DNA from: a virus
Lineage: Duplodnaviria > Caudoviricetes
Direction: 5' to 3' (one strand)
Length of the DNA stretch: 64,000 bases
Virus record (IMG/VR): IMGVR_UViG_3300025730_000007
Location: 1 to 64,000 of that record
In this document: in pieces, positions 46,058-53,845 of the stretch
Layout: each line of letters opens with the position of its first letter
Position numbering within the stretch: position 1 is the first letter of the stretch
Translations under genes and position numbers: made by a program
Notes under the pieces: model-generated
Database searches by the model: none
What the model saw: only the letters and a program-made list of their open reading frames with translations
Told to the model about the DNA's origin: nothing

Positions 46058-46747
46058 ATGCGTAGGCTAATCTCTCATCCAACTCCTCAGTCCTCACCAA
46101 CCGATCTCACCAACCGACGATTCGGGAAGCTCACCGCTATCACACTGAGTGGTAGTCGGCAGGGGCGAAGTCTATGTTGGGTGTGTGAGTGTGATTGTGG
46201 AAGACGAATCGAAGTTCCGGCCAACAGACTGAGGGCGATGCGAACATGGCATTGTGGCTGTCAGGGGCATGGCAGACATGGCATGGTAGGAACCAAAGTC
46301 TACCGCGCATGGCAGGCTATGAAGGAGCGATGCCACAATCCCAATCACGCGGAGTTCCACAATTACGGAGGCAGGGGAATCAAGGTGTGTGACGAATGGC
46401 GCGATGACTTTCTCGCGTTCTATGAACACATAGGAGATCCCCCAACTGATAAGCACACTATCGACCGCATTGACTTCGACGGTGACTATGAGCCTGACAA
46501 CATGCGATGGGCAACACCCAAGGAGCAGGCGAGGAACCAACGAAGCAATCGACTCGTGGTCTACAAGGGGCAGAGTCGATGTGTGAATGAATGGGCAGAG
46601 ATTCTAGGCATCAAACCAATTACACTCTACTTCAGGTTGAGGAATGGATGGTCTGTGGAGCGAGCGTTTGAGGAGCCTGTTCAATCAAGACGTATACGTT
46701 CTCAATCGCTAGCCCTTGCCGCAATACGTGTTGCGGTGATAGGCTAG
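46058..46747 (+). CDS. Free-standing HNH homing endonuclease
   Basis: RFGKLT, CECDCG, HGM...YRAWQAMKERC.NP, YGGRGIKVC, TIDRID.DGDYEP.N.RWAT..EQARN. Confidence 0.93.
   Translation: MRRLISHPTPQSSPTDLTNRRFGKLTAITLSGSRQGRSLCWVCECDCGRRIEVPANRLRAMRTWHCGCQGHGRHGMVGTKVYRAWQAMKERCHNPNHAEFHNYGGRGIKVCDEWRDDFLAFYEHIGDPPTDKHTIDRIDFDGDYEPDNMRWATPKEQARNQRSNRLVVYKGQSRCVNEWAEILGIKPITLYFRLRNGWSVERAFEEPVQSRRIRSQSLALAAIRVAVIG
46719..46736 (-). repeat. 18-bp quasi-palindrome copy 18 (reverse)
   Basis: 3' end of HNH gene (AIRVAV). Confidence 0.98.
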
Positions 46748-46786
46748 CTTCGCAGCAGCATAACCACACTGGCAAGGAGGCCACGA

Positions 46787-47116
46787 ATGGCACGCAACAC
46801 GATTCAGCACGAGCACACTCCCCCCGAGGGAGGCAAGGTCGAGACGGGTGGGGTTCCCATCACTGGGCTCGACTCCGTACCCGAGGGGCAGATTCCGTCC
46901 GAGGCTCCGGTGATGCGGGCGAGTGTCGCCAAGTCCAACCCCAAGGTCAAAGACGTTCCACCCCCCAAGCGCTACATCGTAGTCAAGCAAGCGGCAGTCC
47001 TGCTCGACGGCTCCCGCTCGACGTTGCCCGAAGGCAAGGTGCTCGATAGTCTCAACTATGACATCGACCACCTCAAGCGCTTGGGGGTCAAGCTCCAACC
47101 CTACACTGAGGAGTAA
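46787..47116 (+). CDS. Hypothetical head-region protein
   Basis: AAGGAGG RBS. Confidence 0.7.
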   Translation: MARNTIQHEHTPPEGGKVETGGVPITGLDSVPEGQIPSEAPVMRASVAKSNPKVKDVPPPKRYIVVKQAAVLLDGSRSTLPEGKVLDSLNYDIDHLKRLGVKLQPYTEE

Positions 47117-47121
47117 GCTCC

Positions 47122-47514
47122 ATGGCATTCACTGACGCCGACAAGGCGAAGATCCGTCACCACATGGGCTATCTCAATGTCAGTGAGGTGCAGACCTTCG
47201 CGCTCGGCGTCCCCGCCGCGTTGGAGACTCAGTATCTCATTGAAGGTGCGATGAACCGCGTGCTCGCGGCGGCAGAGGTGCAAGCCAAGAACATCGTCGC
47301 CAAGATGGATATCATCGAGGAGCAGATGACTGCGGACTTGGAGTTGCTCGCAGTCACCAAGGTGGCGGAGATTGAGATTGACCCCAAGGAGATGCCGAAG
47401 CTCCGCCGTGAATACCGCTTCTGGCAACGCACCCTCGGGAACCTTCTCGGTATCCCGCCCAACCCCTACGACCAGCGCTTCACGAACTCCCTCAGTGTCC
47501 CCGTTCAGCACTAG
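47122..47514 (+). CDS. Head-tail adaptor/connector
   Basis: MAFTDADKAKIRHHMGY; position after MCP. Confidence 0.65.
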   Translation: MAFTDADKAKIRHHMGYLNVSEVQTFALGVPAALETQYLIEGAMNRVLAAAEVQAKNIVAKMDIIEEQMTADLELLAVTKVAEIEIDPKEMPKLRREYRFWQRTLGNLLGIPPNPYDQRFTNSLSVPVQH

Positions 47515-47551
47515 CCTTCACACCTCGCCCGCTACGCGGTAGTCTACAGAC

Positions 47552-48073
47552 ATGCCGCGACCGAAAGCCCTCAGTCCCGATGAAGCCAAGCGCACTCTGG
47601 TCCACCGCTTTGGACCACGGGTCAATCGGCTGCGACAGATTGCCGTGCGCTTCGGCTTGCGCCCCTATCGCGTCTGGCTCGTTTGGTTCCAGTGGACTGG
47701 CGAGCAGATTGGCGAAGGTGAGAGACAAGAGGTCAAGCGCGAGGAGATTCTCCCCACCCCCGAACTCACCCTCAATACCCGCTTCCAATGGCTCAATGTC
47801 GGGCGCGTCGAAGACGGTCAGTTCTTGCTCCGCAAGGTGGACCCCACCTTGGGTGAAGCGTTGCTCGCCGGCAGACTCTACCCCGGCTTGGTCACTGGCT
47901 CGCCTTGCCCCGCAGAGGGTGGCCTCCCTACGAGCTTCCTGTTCCTGGTCAAAGAGGACGGCAGGAGTGGCCCCGATGTGGTGGAGCGCTGGTTCACGCT
48001 GTCGAGCATGCCATACCGCAAGGCCGGACTCCTCGATTGGGACATCCAACTAACGCAAGTGATGCATCAATGA
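47552..48073 (+). CDS. Head closure/neck protein
   Basis: Position and size in neck module. Confidence 0.55.
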   Translation: MPRPKALSPDEAKRTLVHRFGPRVNRLRQIAVRFGLRPYRVWLVWFQWTGEQIGEGERQEVKREEILPTPELTLNTRFQWLNVGRVEDGQFLLRKVDPTLGEALLAGRLYPGLVTGSPCPAEGGLPTSFLFLVKEDGRSGPDVVERWFTLSSMPYRKAGLLDWDIQLTQVMHQ

Positions 48074-48564
48074 CGACCATCAAGATTGACCGCTTGTCTG
48101 CCGCGTTCGGGCGCATGTTCGAGTCGTACCGTGCGGCTCAGAAGCGCGGGTTGCTCAACGCGGCAATCAAGGGGCAGTCGTGGATCGTCACCAAGATACT
48201 CCCGAGCATTGAGCCCTATCCACCGTTCGACATGGGGGCATTCAGGGCGGGTTGGAACTTCAAAGCAACCGAGGACGGGGCAATCATCTTCAACCCTGTT
48301 CCCCATGCTCCGTTCATCAACTTCGGTGTCCCCAAGCCGAGAGTGTCTGGGAGGCACCTTGTCGAATGGGTCATTCGGAAGAACATCGCAGACTCGAAGA
48401 ATGCCCCGCGCGTTGCGTGGTTGATTGCACGCAAGATCAATGCAAGGGGTCTGTTCACTGACCCTCAATTCCGAATCACCCAGAGGGTGGTTGACGAGTT
48501 CCTGGTCAAAGAGGTTGCGGCTCAGATTGTTGCCGAGTTGCAGAAGGTGGGGTGGAAGCCGTGA
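48070..48564 (+). CDS. Neck/tail completion protein (HK97 gp10-like)
   Basis: PFDMGAFRAGW, HAPFINFG, ARKINARG. Confidence 0.65.
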   Translation: MTTIKIDRLSAAFGRMFESYRAAQKRGLLNAAIKGQSWIVTKILPSIEPYPPFDMGAFRAGWNFKATEDGAIIFNPVPHAPFINFGVPKPRVSGRHLVEWVIRKNIADSKNAPRVAWLIARKINARGLFTDPQFRITQRVVDEFLVKEVAAQIVAELQKVGWKP

Positions 48565-49253
48565 GTCACTACTCGTTTGAAGGGTTGGTGAAGGGCATTG
48601 CCTGGAATGAGGTATGGCCCCCTCAACAACCCCCCGGCCTCAAGGACTTTGCTGCTCGCGACTACGCGCTAGAGCGCTTGTTCGACTACCTCGCAACGGT
48701 CGTCTGGAGGCACACTGGCCGGGACCGGGATGGTGAACCCGTCGAGTTCCAGATTGAGCGTTGCCGGATGTTCGTCGAGCAACCAGAGGGTGACATCAAG
48801 CTCAAGTTCCCGGCCATTGCCGTGCTCCCGAATAACAATGCACCGGAGTCAGAGTGGCTCGGTTCCCCAATCATTGTCGATGACGGGAGGGCCGGCATCG
48901 AGCCGAGCAAGTATGACCGCTTCGGAGAGCAGACTGTGCTCGTGTGTGCGGCGGAGTTGAGCGAGGATGTCATTCTCGATATGTGGTTTGAGACTCGCGC
49001 CCAACGCAGAGCGGTGCAAGCCGGCATGGAGGGGCCAGTAATGACCACGAACCAGGGGCCGCTCTATCTCACTCTGCCGGGGTACTATGACCGCATCGCG
49101 TGCTTCACCTACATGGGGTCGCGCCGCTTCGATGGAGACTTCGCGGTCAAGAACCGGCGCGAGTTGCAGGTCACTCTCAACCTGCGAGTGGAGTGCGTGT
49201 TCCCCGTCCTGGCGAGGGACTTCGATCCTCGCCTTCTCATGGAGACTGAGTGA
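48561..49253 (+). CDS. Tail terminator-like protein
   Basis: FPAIAV, directly upstream of sheath. Confidence 0.6.
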   Translation: MSHYSFEGLVKGIAWNEVWPPQQPPGLKDFAARDYALERLFDYLATVVWRHTGRDRDGEPVEFQIERCRMFVEQPEGDIKLKFPAIAVLPNNNAPESEWLGSPIIVDDGRAGIEPSKYDRFGEQTVLVCAAELSEDVILDMWFETRAQRRAVQAGMEGPVMTTNQGPLYLTLPGYYDRIACFTYMGSRRFDGDFAVKNRRELQVTLNLRVECVFPVLARDFDPRLLMETE

Positions 49254-49255
49254 TA

Positions 49256-49273
49256 CCGCAACACGTATTGCGG
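49256..49273 (+). repeat. 18-bp quasi-palindrome copy 19
   Basis: 2 nt after a stop, before sheath. Confidence 0.98.
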
Positions 49274-49279
49274 CAGGGT

Positions 49280-49308
49280 TAGACAACCACAGACGCTAGA
49301 GGTATTCT
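49280..49308 (+). promoter_or_regulatory. Sigma70-like promoter TAGACA-N17-TATTCT upstream of sheath
   Basis: Starts 6 nt after an 18-bp repeat copy. Confidence 0.4.
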
Positions 49309-49334
49309 GCCCCTCGCGACCCCGGAGGATTACA

Positions 49335-51539
49335 ATGTCCGTCTACATTCGACGCTTCACGGAAGATCCAGGGCTCGAAGTCTTGCTCGACATCGAGTCC
49401 GTCAACATCATTGACCTGGAGCCTCCCGAGGCGTTCGCAGGCATCGGCACGGGGACTGCCATCCTTGTCGCAGAGTTCGAGGATGGCCCCTACAACGAAG
49501 TCACTGAGGTGTTCGGTCCCTCCGACCTCGTGCAGACGTTCGGTGAGTTCGGCTACACCTACGACGGCGTGAAGGGGAACAACCCGTGCGCCAGAAGCCG
49601 CAAGGCCGACGCGGCAATCACCCCCGAGTATTGGAACGGCAACGGCTTCGTCCATCTCAATGGCAAGAAGTTCCGCCGTCTCATTCTCGTGCGCGTCGAC
49701 ACGAGTGTCGGCTACGTGGCATTCACCCGGCTCGCCGCACTCACTGGTCTGTTCAAGCCGACGTATGACCTGGAGCCGGGGCAGATTCTCACCGTCCAGA
49801 CCGACCTCGTTGCCGCAACCAACGTCACCTTCTTGGCGACGGCGGCAACGGTGACGGGTGTCGGTGGGGTATTCGCTGGAGTGGTTGCGGGCGACTACAT
49901 CGACCTCGCGTACGATGGGAACCCGACCGTACGCGTCACTTTCCAAGCCGGCGACAACAGCATTGCCGGGGTGGTCGCGCGTATCAATCTCGCGTTCGGA
50001 TTCACCTTCGCAGCGGACAGCGGTGGAGAGCTTCAGTTGACTGGCCGGCGACGTGGCAACGCGGGCGAGGTCAGCATCGTCGGAGGCTCTGGCACCATCG
50101 TGACCACGTTCGGTCATGTGGTCGGCGTCAACGGGGGTGGCGGCAACGTCGATGACATCGACGCGGTGACGGTTGCCGAGGTCAATGCGTTGGTCGCAGC
50201 GGCAGTCCCCACCCTTGCGGTCATGCGGGACTACGACCAGAACATCGTCATCTACAACACCACGACAACCGGGGTGGCAGAGGTGGAGGTGGTCAGTGCC
50301 ACGACTACCGCTCTCGACTTCGGCTTCCCGCTCGACACGACTGGCGAGCAAGCGACTGCCGATGAGGACGTGAACATCCCCGCTGGAACACGCGTTCGCA
50401 ACGCGGGAGCAACGGAGTGGGTGACTACCGAGTCCATCGTGGCGAGTGCCGCTGAGTACGACGGGTGGACTGCCAAGGTGCGTCACGCCCTCGACGACGG
50501 CACGGGGGTCGCTGCTCCGGTCGGCACGGTCAACGTCATTCCGTTCCCCGTTGCCGGCGCAATCTTCGCAGTCACCAACCCACTCCCCCTCAGTGCGGCG
50601 AAGACTGAGTTGGAGATTGACGCGGCGTACTATGCCGCAATCCAAACCACGCTCGACCTCAACACGGTTGCGCGTGAAGCGAACTTCATCTGGGCCGCAC
50701 GGCAGTCCAACATCTGCCGGCGAGGCGTACGCGAGAATGCGATTCTCGCCAGCGAGCGTGGATGCTTCGGGCGGATGTGCGCCATCCGGCCCCCCATCGG
50801 AACGACTCGTGCAGTCGCCAAGGGCAACGCTGAGCCGGGGATTGGCGCATACCGTCACGACCGAGTGATGTATACCTTCCCCGGCGTGTCGACCTACGTC
50901 CCCGCCATCGCCCTCAAGGGGACTGCGGGTGGGGCCGGCTTCACCGCGAACGGCGTTGTCAACCAAGGAGCAGACGGCTTCGCGGTGAGTGTCTGTTGCC
51001 GGCTTCCGAGCGAGGAGAACCCCGGCCAACTGACGACCTTCATGGACGCGGTGCAAGGGTTGGAGTCCGGTGCCGAGTACGTCGGGTGGACCATCGACGA
51101 CTACAAGGCATTCAAGAAGAAGGGAATCATGACCCCTCGCATGGACGACGGGGTGGCAATCTTCCAGTCCGGTGTGACCAGCGTGGACCCAGGAACCTAC
51201 CCGGCCAAGGTGCGTGTCAGTCGCCGTCGAATGGCCGATGAGATTCAGGACTCGTTGGCGAAGATCAGCAAGGGCTACGGCAAGCGACTGAGCAGCAAGC
51301 AACGCCGTCAGCAATTCGTGCTGGACTGCAAAGCATTCATGGAGTCGTTGCTGTCGCCCAACGACCCCACGAAGCAACGAATCGACTCGTACTCGATTGA
51401 CCCCAAGAGCGGCAACACCACAACGAGCCTCGCGGCGGGAGCGTACTATGTCTTCGTGAAAGCGAAGACGTATCCGTCACTCGACGCCATCGTGCTCCAG
51501 ACCGAGATCGGTGAGAACGTCACCATCAGTGAGGTGTGA
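49335..51539 (+). CDS. Contractile tail sheath protein
   Basis: AILVAEFEDGPYN, GVTS...VSRRRMADEIQD C-terminal sheath motifs; 734 aa. Confidence 0.9.
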   Translation: MSVYIRRFTEDPGLEVLLDIESVNIIDLEPPEAFAGIGTGTAILVAEFEDGPYNEVTEVFGPSDLVQTFGEFGYTYDGVKGNNPCARSRKADAAITPEYWNGNGFVHLNGKKFRRLILVRVDTSVGYVAFTRLAALTGLFKPTYDLEPGQILTVQTDLVAATNVTFLATAATVTGVGGVFAGVVAGDYIDLAYDGNPTVRVTFQAGDNSIAGVVARINLAFGFTFAADSGGELQLTGRRRGNAGEVSIVGGSGTIVTTFGHVVGVNGGGGNVDDIDAVTVAEVNALVAAAVPTLAVMRDYDQNIVIYNTTTTGVAEVEVVSATTTALDFGFPLDTTGEQATADEDVNIPAGTRVRNAGATEWVTTESIVASAAEYDGWTAKVRHALDDGTGVAAPVGTVNVIPFPVAGAIFAVTNPLPLSAAKTELEIDAAYYAAIQTTLDLNTVAREANFIWAARQSNICRRGVRENAILASERGCFGRMCAIRPPIGTTRAVAKGNAEPGIGAYRHDRVMYTFPGVSTYVPAIALKGTAGGAGFTANGVVNQGADGFAVSVCCRLPSEENPGQLTTFMDAVQGLESGAEYVGWTIDDYKAFKKKGIMTPRMDDGVAIFQSGVTSVDPGTYPAKVRVSRRRMADEIQDSLAKISKGYGKRLSSKQRRQQFVLDCKAFMESLLSPNDPTKQRIDSYSIDPKSGNTTTSLAAGAYYVFVKAKTYPSLDAIVLQTEIGENVTISEV

Positions 51540-51540
51540 C

Positions 51541-51915
51541 ATGGCGGGTATTGCCGACCAACTGAAACTCTGGGCCAAGGGGCGCAAGCCCCCGGCAAAG
51601 GGCAAGCCCTCCGAGGGCGAGGATGAGGAAGGGGCCAAGCCGGCCCCCACAAGCCGCAAGGCGGAGCCCGAGGGCGAACCCCCTGCCGCAACCACCCCCG
51701 AGGGTGGGCGAGCCTCTGGTGAGGCGAACAAGGGGCCGCAACCCCCGTTCGCCAAGGAGACGACCCCCGGCAACCTCGGCATGGGCGACAAGGACAAGCT
51801 CGAGCCCAAGAACCCGATTGAGGCGTTCGCCAAGAAGGCGAAGAAAGAGGGGGGCAAGCTCCCACCCTTCGGCGGCAAGAAGGCTCCACCGTTCACGAAG
51901 GAAGACGGAGGCTGA
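51541..51915 (+). CDS. Low-complexity K/P/G/E-rich protein
   Basis: GAGGTG RBS; repeated PPF.K motifs. Confidence 0.6.
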   Translation: MAGIADQLKLWAKGRKPPAKGKPSEGEDEEGAKPAPTSRKAEPEGEPPAATTPEGGRASGEANKGPQPPFAKETTPGNLGMGDKDKLEPKNPIEAFAKKAKKEGGKLPPFGGKKAPPFTKEDGG

Positions 51916-51924
51916 CCCATGGCA

Positions 51925-52321
51925 CTAGTCGCCGCCAAGCTCGGAGAGAATCCGGTTCAACCGGCGACGGCTTACCTTCGTTCCGTCTGGGAGTTCGTGG
52001 TAGCGACGGAGATTGTTGTTCTGCTCTGTTCGGGTAGCCCAACGGCAATTCTCAGGGCAGTAGTCTCCGTCGTTGTCAATGCGGTCAATGCTGTGCTTCT
52101 GGCTTGGCCGTCTGCCCATGTCCTCAAGGAACTGTTCGTAGGACTGCCATGCTTCGCAGACATGAATTCCGCGTGCTCCATAGCTGGGAAAGTCCTCTGA
52201 CTGTTTTGGTTGTGCCGCAATCACATCGACACAACCAAGCAGAGTGGGAGCCGTTGTTTTGGGCTCGCTCGATAACGGTGAGTCTTCCGAATCGTTGGTT
52301 GACAAGATTGTAGGCTTTCAT
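51925..52321 (-). pseudogene. Degenerate HNH endonuclease (internal deletion plus frameshift)
   Basis: N-part [16 protein letters not shown] and C-part [26 protein letters not shown] are in different frames, joined near 52195. Confidence 0.85.
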
Positions 52322-52326
52322 AGAGT
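52299..52326 (+). promoter_or_regulatory. Sigma70-like promoter TTGACA-N16-TAGAGT upstream of tail tube
   Basis: Consensus -35, overlapping the start of the HNH remnant. Confidence 0.45.
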
Positions 52327-52358
52327 GGCGGTAACACTCTAAAGGAAAAGGTCAAGAC

Positions 52359-52793
52359 ATGGCGCTCAGGCTGAAGGGGCAAGAAGTCGAGATTCGCATC
52401 AGCAAGGCGGGAGTCCTTCTCGACACCATCACCAAGGTCACGAACTTTGAGTTCGAGGCCAAGGTGGAGATGAGCGAGGAGGGCTTCCTTGGCGCGACCA
52501 CGAATGAGTACGACGAGATCTACAACGGATGCTCGTTCAACTTCGAGGTCCACTTGGACACTCCCGACTGGCTCGACTTCCAACAGAACATCATCGACAA
52601 GGCGCGGCGCGTGACTCCCGACGTCCAGTTCAGCATCAGTGCGGTTCTGTTCTGGCCGGCAGGAGCCACGAAAGCGGTGCTCATTCCCGACGCTCACTTC
52701 GGCGCGTTGCCCATCAGTGTCGGTGGGCGAGCCGACTTCGTGACAGCGAAGTGCGAGGGAGGAGCATCGGAGTTCACGCTTCAAGACCTGTAA
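52359..52793 (+). CDS. Tail tube protein
   Basis: 144 aa after sheath, EEGFLG..., beta-rich. Confidence 0.8.
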   Translation: MALRLKGQEVEIRISKAGVLLDTITKVTNFEFEAKVEMSEEGFLGATTNEYDEIYNGCSFNFEVHLDTPDWLDFQQNIIDKARRVTPDVQFSISAVLFWPAGATKAVLIPDAHFGALPISVGGRADFVTAKCEGGASEFTLQDL

Positions 52794-52934
52794 GGGCACC
52801 CCGCGTTCAGCGGCAATTGTGGCCCTCCCTTGCGCGGTATCCGGCTCGGCTAGGTGTCGGTCGTGACGGTGGCCTCCAACCCCGCGCAAGTAAGAGGGCC
52901 ACCCTTTCATTGGAGGCCGGAAGGAAAGAACACC

Positions 52935-53564
52935 ATGGCACACAAGCAAAGCAACCAACCCGCAGACGCCGCAACACGTATTGCGGCGGACCCCTCCCAA
53001 CTCATCAGCACGGGGGCAACCGAGATCCCACTCGACGAAGCCCTCAGTTCCGATGATTCGGCAATGCCAGACAAGTCCAGCATTGCCGCCGCGATGCAAG
53101 CGCTCGCTGATACCCCCGCACCGAAGTCGATGCGTGACGTGGAGGAAGCGGACGCCATCCCACCATGGGCCACTATCCCACCGAACTTCAATCCTCCCAA
53201 GGGAGTGCAAGTCATCTTCATGCTGTTCAAAGCCGAGTGGACTGCCAACCCCCGCAAGGGCAATCGGCAAGCCATCGCATGGCCGGTCACAGTCATGGAG
53301 GAGAAGAACGCACTCAGTCGCGCTCGTGGCGACGTACTCCGCAGCATCGACGAACTCAGCAAGGCGATGGTCAAGTACATCGACGGGGTTCCGGTTGACT
53401 GGACCGGGGCCAACCGCGAGGGCAACATTGACCAATGGTGGAATGAGGTCGGCCCCAAGTGTCGCAACATTCTGCACCGCATCTACACACAGACGCACAA
53501 CCTGAGTGATGACGAGCATGCCGATTTTTTCGAGAACTGCATCGCTGTCAGAACGGTGGGCTGA
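52935..53564 (+). CDS. Tail assembly chaperone (G)
   Basis: Between tube and tape measure; ends near a slippery site. Confidence 0.75.
   Translation: MAHKQSNQPADAATRIAADPSQLISTGATEIPLDEALSSDDSAMPDKSSIAAAMQALADTPAPKSMRDVEEADAIPPWATIPPNFNPPKGVQVIFMLFKAEWTANPRKGNRQAIAWPVTVMEEKNALSRARGDVLRSIDELSKAMVKYIDGVPVDWTGANREGNIDQWWNEVGPKCRNILHRIYTQTHNLSDDEHADFFENCIAVRTVG
52969..52986 (+). repeat. 18-bp quasi-palindrome copy 20
   Basis: In-frame in chaperone N-terminus (ATRIAA). Confidence 0.98.
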
Positions 53565-53845
53565 GTGAGTATGCGGATGTTCGTCAGAAGCAACTGACCA
53601 AGCTGGGAGTCGACTTCGACCCTCACTTGCGCTCAGTCCGCTACATCCTGTCCGAGATTGACCCTGCGGAAGTGCTCCGTTGGCGTTCTCGGCAGAAGAT
53701 GGAGCTAGGTCGCTATGGGCGGCAATCCGTTCTGCAATGGGACGCGGTTCCGCTGCTAGAGTTCCTGCGGTATCATAGCGACCTAGTGAAACTCATCGAC
53801 AACGAAAACACCCGCTCAGGCGGCACGATGCCAGGGGAAGACTGA
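53525..53845 (+). CDS. Tail assembly chaperone GT extension via -1 frameshift at T TTT TTC
   Basis: Heptamer at 53525-53531; -1 frame is open without stop to 53845. Confidence 0.75.
   Translation, partial: FFRELHRCQNGGLSEYADVRQKQLTKLGVDFDPHLRSVRYILSEIDPAEVLRWRSRQKMELGRYGRQSVLQWDAVPLLEFLRYHSDLVKLIDNENTRSGGTMPGED

Noticed and set aside
49296-51377. 693-aa minus-strand ORF opposite the sheath
   Set aside because: Antisense shadow caused by GC-rich codon bias; no domain motifs or SD.
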